A stretch of DNA of 63,585 bases, counting the filler, from Deltaproteobacteria bacterium (lineage in GTDB: Bacteria; JAUYMQ01), in NCBI GenBank assembly GCA_030698575.1. It is 11 parts of 11 records of this genome, joined end to end, with 100 filler letters (N's around TTAATTAATTAA, not from the genome) between each part and the next. Parts side by side here need not be neighbours in the genome. Positions count along the whole stretch, not along the records: positions 20,765 to 33,266 come from JAUYMQ010000496.1; positions 33,367 to 36,149 come from JAUYMQ010000503.1; positions 36,250 to 43,865 come from JAUYMQ010000538.1; 8 more parts are not named here. One strand, 5' to 3'. Below, piece after piece: positions 28,646 through 38,260 of the stretch. The translations under genes and the position numbers were made by a program. The notes under the pieces are model-generated. The model did no database searches. It was not told where the DNA came from and was given only the letters and a program-made list of their open reading frames with translations. The first letter of the stretch is position 1; every line of letters starts with the position of its first letter.

Positions 28646-28945
28646 TCAGTCCTTTGTCCCCGCGGTCTCCTTTTTTTTCTCCGGCTTGTTGTCCGCCTTG
28701 GAAGAAGACGTAGACTCGGAGGTCTTCTCCGGCTTGGGCTCGCCGTCCTTCTTATCCTTCTGCCCCTTGCGAACGTAGTCGGTGACGTACCACCCGGAAC
28801 CCTTTAGGTGGAAGCTCGACTGGCTGATCAGTTTTTGCAGCTTTCCCCCGCAGGCGGTGCACTTTTTGAGCGGCTTGTCCTTGAACTTCTGGACGACCTC
28901 GAAGTGCTCCTGGCACTTCTGGCACTGGTACTCGTAGATCGGCAT
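28646..28945 (-). CDS. FmdB family zinc-ribbon protein
   Basis: MPIYEYQCQKC...CTACGG...FHLKGSGWYVTDY. Confidence 0.95.
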   Translation of the reverse strand: MPIYEYQCQKCQEHFEVVQKFKDKPLKKCTACGGKLQKLISQSSFHLKGSGWYVTDYVRKGQKDKKDGEPKPEKTSESTSSSKADNKPEKKKETAGTKD

Positions 28946-29001
28946 GCGTGAAACCCTGAAGCGTGAGGGTTGGAATCGAGGGGGCCGGCCGGGCGCGCGA
29001 A

Positions 29002-29093
29002 AATATGATCTGGGAGAGGGCTAAAGTCAATATACCAGCGCCCGGGCTCGCCACCATAAGTACTTGACTGAGAGACGGATTTCTCCATAGAAT
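29002..29093. promoter_or_regulatory. Divergent sigma-70 promoters (FmdB gene on minus, greA on plus)
   Basis: Minus: TTGACT-N17-CATATT (29030-29002); plus: TTGACT-N18-TAGAAT (29064-29093). Confidence 0.65.
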
Positions 29094-29265
29094 GATCTCG
29101 CCTCGCCGTGGAATCATCTCCCCGGCGAGGTATCCGTTCAAGCGGCGGTTATTCGAGATCGCCCGCGCCCCGCGCCGATTGTGCGCGGGTTTCGCGTCCT
29201 CCTGCGGCCCGGGTCCGCGCCGGGCCAGTGCCGCATCGAGCGTGGAGCACCAGCGTGGAGCACGA

Positions 29266-29745
29266 ATGAGCGACAAGATTCCGATGACCCGCGAGGGTTA
29301 CCTCAAGCTGACAGATGACCTCGCGCGAATGAAGCGGGTGGATCGCCAGAAGGCCACCCACGACGTCGCAGAGGCCCGGGGCCACGGCGATATATCCGAG
29401 AACGCCGAGTACGACGCGGCGAAGGAGCGCCAGGCGTTCGTCGAAGGGAGGATCCGGGAGGTGGAGCGAAGGCTGGCCCACGCCCAGATCATCGATACCG
29501 ACAAGTTGCCCGACGATCGGGTGGTATTCGGGTCCCGGGTTCGCCTTTCCGAGATCAATACGGGCGATGAAGTGGCCTACCGCCTGGTGGGCGAGGACGA
29601 GGCCGACGTGAAGGCCGGGTTGATCTCCGTCACCTCGCCCCTGGGGCAGGCGCTTATCGGCCGCGAACTGAACGATACCGTTGAGGTGAGGACGCCGGGC
29701 GGCCTGCGTGAATATGAGATCCTCGAGATAGGGCTCAACCGCTAG
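29266..29745 (+). CDS. greA: Transcription elongation factor GreA
   Basis: ARGHGDISENAEYDAAKE, VVFGS, ISVTSPLGQALIG. Confidence 0.96.
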   Translation: MSDKIPMTREGYLKLTDDLARMKRVDRQKATHDVAEARGHGDISENAEYDAAKERQAFVEGRIREVERRLAHAQIIDTDKLPDDRVVFGSRVRLSEINTGDEVAYRLVGEDEADVKAGLISVTSPLGQALIGRELNDTVEVRTPGGLREYEILEIGLNR

Positions 29746-29810
29746 CTGCTCATGGCCGCCCGGTTTCAGCATGGCGGCTCTCCTTCGCAGTCACCCGTCC
29801 AAGGCATCCC

Positions 29811-30545
29811 ATGCCCGATCAGCCCACGCGCATCCCCGTCCGCGACGCCAGCACCGTCATCCTTCTCAGGCCCGCGCCGGATTCGGACGAGGGCTTCGAG
29901 GTCTACCTGACGCGGCGCCGGCCCGAGCTGGTCTTCGTCGGCGGGATGCACGTGTTTCCCGGCGGGAAGGTCGATCCGGAGGACTCTGATCCCGGGGCGG
30001 TCGCCAGGTCGGAGGGGCTTTCCCCCGAGCGAGCGGCGGAACTCCTGCAGGAAGAAGCGATGGCGCCCGCGCGCGCCTTTGCCTTCTGGGTGGGCGCCGT
30101 ACGGGAGCTGTTCGAAGAGGCGGGCGTTCTTCTTGCCTATCGCGGCGACGACATTGTCGATCTCTGCGCGCCCGGCGCGCTGGAACCCCTCGAGGAGTGG
30201 CGGCGGCGCCTGAATGCGAACGAGGCGGGTATCGCGGACATGCTTGCACAGGAGGATCTCCGCCTGGCCCTCGACCGTCTGCACTACGTCTCACACTGGA
30301 TCACCCCGGTCGGTCCCCCGCGCCGCTTCAACACGCATTTTTTTCTGGCGGAAATGCCGGAGAATCAGCAACCCTGCCATCACGAGGGGGAGGTGGACGA
30401 GAGCCTCTGGATCGGCCCGCGCAAGGCTCTGGCGGCGTGGGCGGAGAACCGGATCGCGATGATCCCGCCGACGGTCATGAGCCTGCAGACAATCGCTGCT
30501 TTCAGGAGCCTGGAAGACGTGATGAAGAATTTCCCCCGACCCTGA
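29811..30545 (+). CDS. NUDIX hydrolase (NUDT19-like)
   Basis: FPGGKVD...AVRELFEEAG, HWITP...RRFNTHFF, MIPPT. Confidence 0.92.
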   Translation: MPDQPTRIPVRDASTVILLRPAPDSDEGFEVYLTRRRPELVFVGGMHVFPGGKVDPEDSDPGAVARSEGLSPERAAELLQEEAMAPARAFAFWVGAVRELFEEAGVLLAYRGDDIVDLCAPGALEPLEEWRRRLNANEAGIADMLAQEDLRLALDRLHYVSHWITPVGPPRRFNTHFFLAEMPENQQPCHHEGEVDESLWIGPRKALAAWAENRIAMIPPTVMSLQTIAAFRSLEDVMKNFPRP

Positions 30546-30581
30546 GGCGCGGGGGAGGTGGGACCGGGCGGGAGGGGCGGA

Positions 30582-30992
30582 TCATTTCGGGTCGGTGGTG
30601 ATGGACAGCCGGAGGCCTTGTCCGCCGCGCTGTCGGCCACCGCGCGATCCGCGACCGCCTGCGGTGCGGGGTGTGAAGGCGATGCGCGCCTCGATGTCTA
30701 TCTCGAAGTCCTTCAGGAAGCGCGCGCCTACCTTGTTGACGTCGAGGTCGCGCACGGCCTTGCCTATCTCGGCGGCGATGGCTTCGAAGAATTCCTTCTT
30801 CCCGCGCTCGGCCTGGCTGAGCACGGCGTCGACGGCCTCCCGCGTGAGCTTCATGTCGCGGGTTGCGCGGCGGAGAGTCTCCTCCGCCATGAATACGCCT
30901 CCGAGCGAGAGCACCAGCATCGACTTGGCGACGTCAGGCAACCGGCCGAGGAGCGATTTTTCAGCCTCGCGCTTTCGTTCTGCCATGGCCAT
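30582..30992 (-). CDS. Hypothetical protein
   Basis: 136-aa helical ORF (LSLGGVFMAEETLR) with a plausible start. Confidence 0.6.
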   Translation of the reverse strand: MAMAERKREAEKSLLGRLPDVAKSMLVLSLGGVFMAEETLRRATRDMKLTREAVDAVLSQAERGKKEFFEAIAAEIGKAVRDLDVNKVGARFLKDFEIDIEARIAFTPRTAGGRGSRGGRQRGGQGLRLSITTDPK

Positions 30993-31119
30993 TGACCCCC
31001 AAGGCCTCCAGGCAACGCCCTAGGACCTTTCTCTTTACTACATGATGGCGCCATCCCCGGCAAACCGGCCCGGACGCCGGTGGTTGGCGCGGTCCCGGAG
31101 CGAGGGTTAGAATCGAGCC

Positions 31120-31740
31120 GTGCGAATCACCGAAATCTTCCATAGCATCCAGGGCGAGAGTACCCACGCGGGGCTTCCCTGCGTCTTTGTGCGCCTGACG
31201 GGGTGCAATCTCCGGTGCGTCTGGTGTGACACTGCCTACGCCTTCCAAGGCGGGCGCGAGATGTCGGACGACGAGATACTGGAGGAGGTTCGCCGCTATC
31301 ACTGCCGTCGCGTGGAAATCACGGGGGGGGAGCCGCTGCTCCAGGACGGCGTGCACGATCTCATGGGGCGGCTCGCCGATGAGGGCTACCGGGTGCTTCT
31401 CGAGACCGGCGGGTCGCTTGATGTATCACGCGTCGATCCCCGGATCGTGAAGATCATGGATCTCAAGTGCCCGGAGAGCGGCGAGTCCGGCAAGAACCGC
31501 TGGGAGAATCTTGCGCATCTCACGGCGCAGGATCAGGTCAAGTTCGTTCTCCGGAACAGGGCGGATTTCGACTGGGCTTGCGCGGTCGTGCGCGAGCGGG
31601 ATCTCACCGCGAAACACGCCGTTCTCATGAGCCCCGTGCACGGCGAAATGGACCCGCACGTCATGGCAGGGTGGATTATCGAGAGCGGTCTCGATCTGCG
31701 GCTCCAGATTCAACTTCACAAGGTGCTGCGCGTCCCCTGA
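31120..31740 (+). CDS. queE: 7-carboxy-7-deazaguanine synthase (radical SAM)
   Basis: EIFHSIQGE, FVRLTGCNLRCVWCDT, TGGEPLLQ, QLHK. Confidence 0.93.
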   Translation: MRITEIFHSIQGESTHAGLPCVFVRLTGCNLRCVWCDTAYAFQGGREMSDDEILEEVRRYHCRRVEITGGEPLLQDGVHDLMGRLADEGYRVLLETGGSLDVSRVDPRIVKIMDLKCPESGESGKNRWENLAHLTAQDQVKFVLRNRADFDWACAVVRERDLTAKHAVLMSPVHGEMDPHVMAGWIIESGLDLRLQIQLHKVLRVP

Positions 31741-31758
31741 GCGCGGCGCCGGATCGAC

Positions 31759-32475
31759 TCAACGCCCCTTTCCCCGAAGACCGTCTCCCGAGGCCTCCTT
31801 CTCGATCAGCGCCCCCACCCTCTGGAGGTCGGCGTCGCGCTGTCGCGCCTTGGTGGCGCCGTAGGCCGCGGTGTCGAGCGAGGCCGCCAGGGCGGCCCGG
31901 GCCCTCGCCGCCTCGACAAGCTGGTCGGCGGGGCGCGCGATTTCGTCGATGATTCCCCGTTCGAGAGCCTCTTCCGGCGTGTAGGGCCGCGCGTGCAGGA
32001 TCGCTTCCGTGTGCCAGCGGTCCGGGATTCCACGCTCCGCAATAGCAATGGCCCAACTCGGCAACGTCAGCCCGATTGCCGTTTCGTTCAGCTGAATACG
32101 GTATGGCCCTTCCGCCATCACGCGCAGGTCGCAAGCGTGCATGAGCATCGCCCCGCCCGCGATCGCATGCCCGCTCACGGCGGCCACGGTGGGAATGGGG
32201 AAGCCGTACACGCGGAGCATCGTCCGCCCGAAGGAGGTCATGGTGGCGGCCAGGGCCTGCTGATCGAGGGTCGGCAGCACCTTCAAGTTCAGCCCCGCCG
32301 AGAAGAGTCCCGGCCTCCCCTTGATGATCACGGCGCGGGCGGCATCCTTCTCCGCCTGATCGAGCACGCTGTTGAGGCCGTCGAAGAAGGGATCGCTCAT
32401 TGCATTGACCTTGCCGTCGTCCATGGTTATCTCGGCAAGGCCGTCCTGAAGGGCGTAGCTAAAGGTTTCCGGCAT
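31759..32475 (-). CDS. Enoyl-CoA hydratase/crotonase family protein
   Basis: DDGKVNA, FSAGLNL, GHAIAGG, NETAIG. Confidence 0.92.
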   Translation of the reverse strand: MPETFSYALQDGLAEITMDDGKVNAMSDPFFDGLNSVLDQAEKDAARAVIIKGRPGLFSAGLNLKVLPTLDQQALAATMTSFGRTMLRVYGFPIPTVAAVSGHAIAGGAMLMHACDLRVMAEGPYRIQLNETAIGLTLPSWAIAIAERGIPDRWHTEAILHARPYTPEEALERGIIDEIARPADQLVEAARARAALAASLDTAAYGATKARQRDADLQRVGALIEKEASGDGLRGKGR

Positions 32476-32520
32476 GGGAGGTCTCCCTGGCGCGCAGTTC
32501 GCCGGATTGCCCGGCGGCTG

Positions 32521-33195
32521 CTAGAGGTTCGAACGGAAGAACGCCAGCGTCTTTGCCCAGGCGTCCTTGGCGGCGCCGGCGTCGTAGACGTCGGGGCGGG
32601 TGTCGTTGAAGAATGCGTGACCCACTCCCTTGTAGAGGTGGGTCGTCATGGTCTTCCCGGCCTTTTTCAACTGGGCCTCGAGGCCGGCCACCGCTTCGGC
32701 GTTCACGAACTCATCCGTCTCGGCGAAGATGCCGAGAACCGGGCCGCCGAGCCGGGTGAAGTCGACGTTCACTGCCGGGTGAATGCCGTAGTAATTGGCC
32801 ACGGCGCCAACCTTCGGATTGAGCGCCCCGGCGAGCATGGCCAGCTGCCCGCCCATGCAGAAACCGATGACGCCAATCTTCTCCGATGCGCAAGCCTCGT
32901 GAGAGGCCAGGGTGTCCGCGGCGCCGCGAAGCACTTTCTCGGTTTCGGCGATGTTGAGCGCCGCCATCATGCGCCCCGCTTCGTCTGGCCCGTCGGCCGT
33001 CTTGCCCTCATAGAGATCCGGCGCCAGCGCCGTGAAGCCTTCGGCGGCGAAGCGATCAGCCACGTCCTTGATGTGCGGCACGAGGCCCCACCACTCCTGA
33101 AGCACGATCACCCCCGGGCCCTTTCCGGATGCGGCCGGCGCGAGGTAGCCCTGGCAGGTCTTTCCATTCCCCTCGAAACTGATCATGGAACCCAT
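32521..33195 (-). CDS. Dienelactone hydrolase
   Basis: QEWWGL, GFCMGG, GHAFFND. Confidence 0.95.
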   Translation of the reverse strand: MGSMISFEGNGKTCQGYLAPAASGKGPGVIVLQEWWGLVPHIKDVADRFAAEGFTALAPDLYEGKTADGPDEAGRMMAALNIAETEKVLRGAADTLASHEACASEKIGVIGFCMGGQLAMLAGALNPKVGAVANYYGIHPAVNVDFTRLGGPVLGIFAETDEFVNAEAVAGLEAQLKKAGKTMTTHLYKGVGHAFFNDTRPDVYDAGAAKDAWAKTLAFFRSNL

Positions 33196-33366
33196 GCAAC
33201 CTCCTTTCAGCCGATCGGATGGGCGTCAATGAAGCCGCCGATCTTTCCGGCCAGCTCTTCTCCTTTNNNNNNNNNNNNNNNNNNNNNNNNNNNNNNNNNN
33301 NNNNNNNNNNTTAATTAATTAANNNNNNNNNNNNNNNNNNNNNNNNNNNNNNNNNNNNNNNNNNNN

Positions 33367-34164
33367 GTAGGCGCGGTGGTTGAATGGCTCGATCAGGATT
33401 GCCCTGATGCCCTCCTTGCCGATCAACGCTTCGACCTTCTTCAGATGGGCGCCGGACGGTGGAATGTTTGGCTTCGGTTCCAGAAAGGTGTCGATTCGCA
33501 GATCGAAGGCCCGGGCGAAGTAGGGCCAACTGTTGTGATAGGCGGCGACGGGTTTCCCCGCGAAAGGGGCAAGCCGGGCCTTCCATCGCGGAATCGCGGC
33601 ATCGAGTCGCGCATGGAAGTTTGCCAGGTTTTGCTGGTAGCTCGCCGCATTCGCAGGATCAAGTTCCGCTAGCCGCTCCGAGATTGTGTTGGCGATGATA
33701 GCGAGGTTCTCCGGATCGAGCCAGAAGTGCGGGTTGCCGGAGACATGGACGTCGCCTTGCGCCCGCGAAACGTTTCCGGAGGGTACGTCGAGGAGCGTGA
33801 TCCCCCGAACTGCTGCCACGTCGCCTGGTCCTCCGGGGAAGATCTTCACGTTGGCCGAGGCCTCGATGAGTGGCCCGCGCCACAGCTCCAGATCGAGGCC
33901 GCCGTGCACGAATAAATCGGCCTTCGAAATCTTGACGATGTCGCTCGGCGTAGGTTCGTAGAAGTGCACGTCGCGTCCCGGCGGTTCCAGGACCTTCACA
34001 TCCAGGTGCTCGCCCCCGACATGCCGGAGAAGATCGCCGAAGATCGAGATAGTGGCAACGGCCTTAATCTTGTCGCCTGTGGCGGCGGGCGAGGCGGGGG
34101 CGAGCAGCGCGGCCAGGGCCAGGGCGGGCAGCACGAGGCGCCGGCGGGAGTTCGTGAAGTTCAT
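33367..34164 (-). CDS. Metal (Zn/Mn) ABC transporter substrate-binding protein, 3'-truncated
   Basis: Signal peptide, DVHFYEP, GNPHFWLDP, YHNSWPYF. Confidence 0.92.
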
Positions 34165-34191
34165 CTGTATGCCTCTCATCTTGACTTCTCC

Positions 34192-35637
34192 TCACTGGAG
34201 ACCGTGGCGATCGACACCGATCTGGAAGCGGACCTGGAGGAACAGATCGTCACGGTGATCGTCCACCAGATCATCGAGGAAGAACGGCCTGTCGAACTGG
34301 GTGTGCTGGTACTGGAGACGGACGAGCATCAGCTCGCTCTGGTGAAACGTGAGCCAACCCGCCGCAGCCCAGGCCTGATCGCCCGAAAGCGACCCGTCGA
34401 TGGGCTGCACGTAGTCGAATTGCGTGCCGGCGGACCATTTGGGATGGAACCGGTAGTCCACGAGCGAGTAGAGCCCCCATCCGTCGTGCCCCGCGTTCCA
34501 GCGTGATCTTTCGAGATCCAGGAGCAGATCGCCGATCTCCGCCTCGTCGAGAGCCCCCAGCATCTCAGCCGCTTCCTCGGGGGATTCCACGCCGAGCACG
34601 TCGGCGAGCGAGAGGCCGGTGTCGCCGGGGCGGCTGGCGTACATGAACTCGCTCTGCCAGAGAAGCTTCTTCGATCCCGGCATGTGTCGCGTCAGCGTCA
34701 GATCGGCGCCCGCGAGGTGCGCGTACCGATCGGCGTCGTCCTGGCTCGGACCCGCCATGAGCGAGGCGCCAAGCTCGAGTCCGGTGACGTCGTCGAGATC
34801 GAAGTAGGATTTGATGTGGCTGTTGACGATCGGCTTGTTCTTTCCTGCGCAGAAGATCCGGCACTCGTCCTCCGGATCGCCCCCGTTCACGAACTCAATC
34901 GTGCCCTCCAGGAAACCATCCCAGGGGTTCGGTATAAGCCGCTGGAGCCGGACGCCGGTATGCGAGAATCCCTCGGGACCCAGGAAGTTCTGGATCACGA
35001 GCGGCTCGGTCACCATGGGAAGTGCATTCAAATCGATCAGGTTCAGCTTGCCGAACTTGGACCGGAACTTCCCCACCTGCCCCTTCAGGGCGAAGGGGAG
35101 ATCGAATCGGGTGAGAAAGGCTTCCTCGATCTCGATCCCCTCGTCCTCGTTCAGCACGATGGCGAAGTCGGCGCGGCTGTAAGGATCCACATACCCGCCG
35201 AAGACCAACTCCAGTTCCCGAAAGCTGAACTGATCGCTCCCCGCGAGGCCGCTGTTCTCCGTCGAAGCATTGCCGACCACGTCGCCGACCACGCCGATTT
35301 CCGGATTGAGCGAGGCCAGTCCGGTAGGAGGCGTTGGAGCGGGAGCCGTCGTCGTGACCGGCGCCTGCGGGGCGGGGCCCGGAGGGCCGACCGGGCCAGG
35401 ATAGGGCGCTGAAATGAGTGGCTGCATGCGGGGCGCCCGCTGGAGAGCCCCGATGAGCTGCGACTGCTCCTCGACGGTCACCGCGAGCGTGCGGACCGTT
35501 TCGCGAAGCTCCGCCATCTCCTCCTGCACGCTTTTCTCCGACGTGCCCCCCGCGGCGGCCGTTTCGGTCGCTGAAGCGGGCGCCATCGGGTAAAGGGCGC
35601 TCAGACCGCACAGAACTGCCAGTGATGTGATGCGCAT
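34192..35637 (-). CDS. Outer-membrane beta-barrel (porin-like) protein of a metal-uptake operon
   Basis: Signal peptide, coiled coil, LNPEIGVVGD, RELELVFGGYVDPY, EEAFL, terminal LFLQVRFQIG-H. Confidence 0.85.
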   Translation of the reverse strand: MRITSLAVLCGLSALYPMAPASATETAAAGGTSEKSVQEEMAELRETVRTLAVTVEEQSQLIGALQRAPRMQPLISAPYPGPVGPPGPAPQAPVTTTAPAPTPPTGLASLNPEIGVVGDVVGNASTENSGLAGSDQFSFRELELVFGGYVDPYSRADFAIVLNEDEGIEIEEAFLTRFDLPFALKGQVGKFRSKFGKLNLIDLNALPMVTEPLVIQNFLGPEGFSHTGVRLQRLIPNPWDGFLEGTIEFVNGGDPEDECRIFCAGKNKPIVNSHIKSYFDLDDVTGLELGASLMAGPSQDDADRYAHLAGADLTLTRHMPGSKKLLWQSEFMYASRPGDTGLSLADVLGVESPEEAAEMLGALDEAEIGDLLLDLERSRWNAGHDGWGLYSLVDYRFHPKWSAGTQFDYVQPIDGSLSGDQAWAAAGWLTFHQSELMLVRLQYQHTQFDRPFFLDDLVDDHRDDLFLQVRFQIGVDRHGLQ

Positions 35638-35809
35638 GACGTTCTCTCTCCCACGCGCCGTGACGCGACGCGCCTCGATGCCCGCCTGCGCGGCGCCGGA
35701 ATGCCCGACGCGCGTTGCCGCAGGGGCCGCCGCCCGGCTCGCCAGCGGCGCCGGAACGGACCCGGTTCGGAGCAGTGATCCCTGGAAGTAGGAGACTCGA
35801 GGGATGCTT

Positions 35810-36121
35810 CTAGAGGGAGAGAGATGGAGGACCGCGGGTGGTTCGCTGCGTGGGGAAGGGGCTCGGAACATCCAGGCGGACCGTGGTCCAGGGGAGGGCC
35901 GCGGCGTCGATGGAAGCGACAATCTGCTGGGCGTGTCCCGGCACGCCGTTGGCGGCATGGGTCCAGGCGCATCCCCGGCAGTCGAACTGCGCGGCGCCCG
36001 CCTCGCCCCCGTGCTGGTGGAGGGCGCTCGCGCCGACGGTCAGAAGCGCCAGGAGCGCGGCCAGCCCGAGGGCAATCGCCGCCAGGCCGCGCCGCCGTGC
36101 GGCGCGTGGGCCGGTTTTCAC
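35810..36121 (-). CDS. DUF2946-like CxxC / RGPP small protein (putative metal-sensing leader)
   Basis: Signal/TM segment, HQH, CRGC, C-terminal RGPP; sits upstream of the porin gene. Confidence 0.7.
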   Translation of the reverse strand: MKTGPRAARRRGLAAIALGLAALLALLTVGASALHQHGGEAGAAQFDCRGCAWTHAANGVPGHAQQIVASIDAAALPWTTVRLDVPSPFPTQRTTRGPPSLSL

Positions 36122-36249
36122 GGGCCTTCCTTTGGTGTGAAGCGAATGCNNNNNNNNNNNNNNNNNNNNNNNNNNNNNNNNNNNNNNNNNNNNTTAATTA
36201 ATTAANNNNNNNNNNNNNNNNNNNNNNNNNNNNNNNNNNNNNNNNNNNN

Positions 36250-36723
36250 GTACTCCCCCACGCCGATCAGGAAGAGCAGTTGGAAGCCCGCGAGCGCAAG
36301 GACGGCCGCGAGCGCACCCGCCGCCCCCGGCACCCCCCGCCCGAGCGCCCGCGTCGCCACGAGGAGGGGAAGCAGGATGAGCCAGTTGAAGTGGGTGCTC
36401 CGGGCGTCGATCTTCGTTCCAGTAGCCGGGATCTTCGCCCAGAGATGAACGTAGAACGTCCGGTCCACGAGCGTCACCTGGTGATGGGTGACGCGGGGGG
36501 TGAGACGATGGAGCGCCGCGCTGGCCGCGCCGGCGAGGAGCCGCTCGTAGGCCGGCGAAGCAGCGATCCAGAGGGCCCAGCCAAGCAGGTAGGCCAGGAC
36601 GAAGGCCGCCGTGAAACGCCGGAGATCAAGCCCCCCGGGGGGGTCGCGCGGCGGGGACGGCGCGCCGGGCCCAGAGGAGCCAGAGGAGGACGGCGGCCCC
36701 GATGACGACGGACTGCCATACAT
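36250..36723 (-). CDS. Exosortase H-associated membrane protein, 3'-truncated; start uncertain
   Basis: Multiple TM segments directly after the exosortase; HFNWLILLPLLVAT. Confidence 0.55.
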
Positions 36724-37192
36724 AGATGTGGGCTCCCTCGAAGGCGCCCGGATAGTGGAGGACGATGTAGTACAGGCTCAGGACGCGGATCAGGTTGATG
36801 ACGAAGATGGCGGCAAAGCCGGCGGCGACGCCGATGAGCTTCGCCCGCATAGTGCTCGGGAAGGCCAGCACGGCCGAGACGAAGATGATCGTCGCCCAGA
36901 CGCCGTTGCAGCCGTTGCGCAGCTCGAAGGAGACGCCGCGGCCGGCGAGCCGCGTGCCGCTGGCATGGGCGTCGGTGCCGAGGAGCTGAAGCGTCGCGCT
37001 TGACACCTTCGCGATGAACGCCGTGAACGGATTGATCGCCCGCTCGACGACAGGCGCGTAGATGCTCAGGTAGTAGCCGGCCCCGAGAAACGCTCCGAAG
37101 AGCAGGCAGAACACGATCGTCCGCCGGTTCTCGTCCCTTCCGGCCCGCGATCCCTGCCGCGGGATCGGGGGACGGCCGCCGTTCGGCGCCAT
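36626..37192 (-). CDS. xrtH: Exosortase H-type transpeptidase
   Basis: NGCNG (Cys), VINLIR (Arg), AHIYVWQ (His), AVLAFP. Confidence 0.85.
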   Translation of the reverse strand: MAPNGGRPPIPRQGSRAGRDENRRTIVFCLLFGAFLGAGYYLSIYAPVVERAINPFTAFIAKVSSATLQLLGTDAHASGTRLAGRGVSFELRNGCNGVWATIIFVSAVLAFPSTMRAKLIGVAAGFAAIFVINLIRVLSLYYIVLHYPGAFEGAHIYVWQSVVIGAAVLLWLLWARRAVPAARPPRGA

Positions 37193-37204
37193 GCGTCCGC
37201 CGCG

Positions 37205-38236
37205 TCAGCTGCCGGCTGCCGGCGGGGCTTCCTCCGCGGGCGCGGGCGCGGCCTCCGGCGCCTCGCCTGCCGGCGGTTCACCGGCCGGTTCGCCGGGCTG
37301 AGCCTCTCCCAGCTCCTCCAGGATAATCGCGTTCGTGATCTCGTAGGTGAGCGTCCCCGACATGAAGACGTCGTTCACCAGGAACGCCGGAGTTCCGCGC
37401 ACGCCGATGGTCTTCCCCTCGTCGACGTTGGCGAGGATGGCCTCGGTCTGCTCCGCCTCGAGGTAGCACTTGTTGAACGCGTCCATGTCGATGCCTTCGT
37501 CCTTCACCTGCTCCCGGCTCTTCTCGAAGACGTTGGTTTGATTAATCACGGTCGACTGCGTGTAGTAGAAGTCGTGGAGCTTCCAGAAAAGTTCAGGCTT
37601 CTGCACGCGCGCGCACTCGGCGAGAAGCGAGGAGTCCATCGCCCAGTCGTGGATCTTGAGCGGGTAGTGCTTGTACACCAGCTTCACGCGCCCCTCGTAT
37701 TCGCGGAGGATCTGATCTATCGCCGGCTGGCTGGCCCGGCAGTAGGGGCACTGGAAATCCGAGTACTCGACGATTGTCACTTCCGCGTCGGCATTGCCCC
37801 GCACCGGCACGTCCGTGAGCTTGACGTTGTCGAGGTCGACGCGCATGCGGGGGATTATTCCGAGAGGGAGAATGGACCCCGCGACGGCGAACTTCATGTC
37901 GGGGGTGACGGGGAGCCGGCGAACGGCCGATCGTCCCTCGCGGGTCACACGCAGCTTCAGCTCCACGAGCCCGGGAACTCCCGTGGGTGCGGCCCCGACG
38001 ACTTCGATCTTGGTTTCACGCGAAGCCCCCATGGTCAGGCGGACCTTTTCGATTTCTTCCTCCGCCTTTTTCACCACAGCGTCGAGATCGGCCTCGGCCG
38101 AGGGCGCCGCGGACTCGGTAGCGGGAACACCGGCCTCCTTCGCGGGCGAACAGGCGGCCAGGGGCGCAAGGGCGAGCGCCGGGACAAGCGCAACGGCCGG
38201 CAGGACGCCGGCGATGATCCTGAAACGAGACTGCAT
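37205..38236 (-). CDS. DsbA/Com1-like thioredoxin lipoprotein
   Basis: LAAC lipobox, EYSDFQCPYC, KHYPL, GVRGTPAF. Confidence 0.92.
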   Translation of the reverse strand: MQSRFRIIAGVLPAVALVPALALAPLAACSPAKEAGVPATESAAPSAEADLDAVVKKAEEEIEKVRLTMGASRETKIEVVGAAPTGVPGLVELKLRVTREGRSAVRRLPVTPDMKFAVAGSILPLGIIPRMRVDLDNVKLTDVPVRGNADAEVTIVEYSDFQCPYCRASQPAIDQILREYEGRVKLVYKHYPLKIHDWAMDSSLLAECARVQKPELFWKLHDFYYTQSTVINQTNVFEKSREQVKDEGIDMDAFNKCYLEAEQTEAILANVDEGKTIGVRGTPAFLVNDVFMSGTLTYEITNAIILEELGEAQPGEPAGEPPAGEAPEAAPAPAEEAPPAAGS

Positions 38237-38260
38237 CTCTTGGTTCCTCCTGTGCGGGCT

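Noticed and set aside
29239-29263. AGCGTGGAGCAC duplicated upstream of greA
   Set aside because: A single short duplication around the RBS; not enough evidence for a function.
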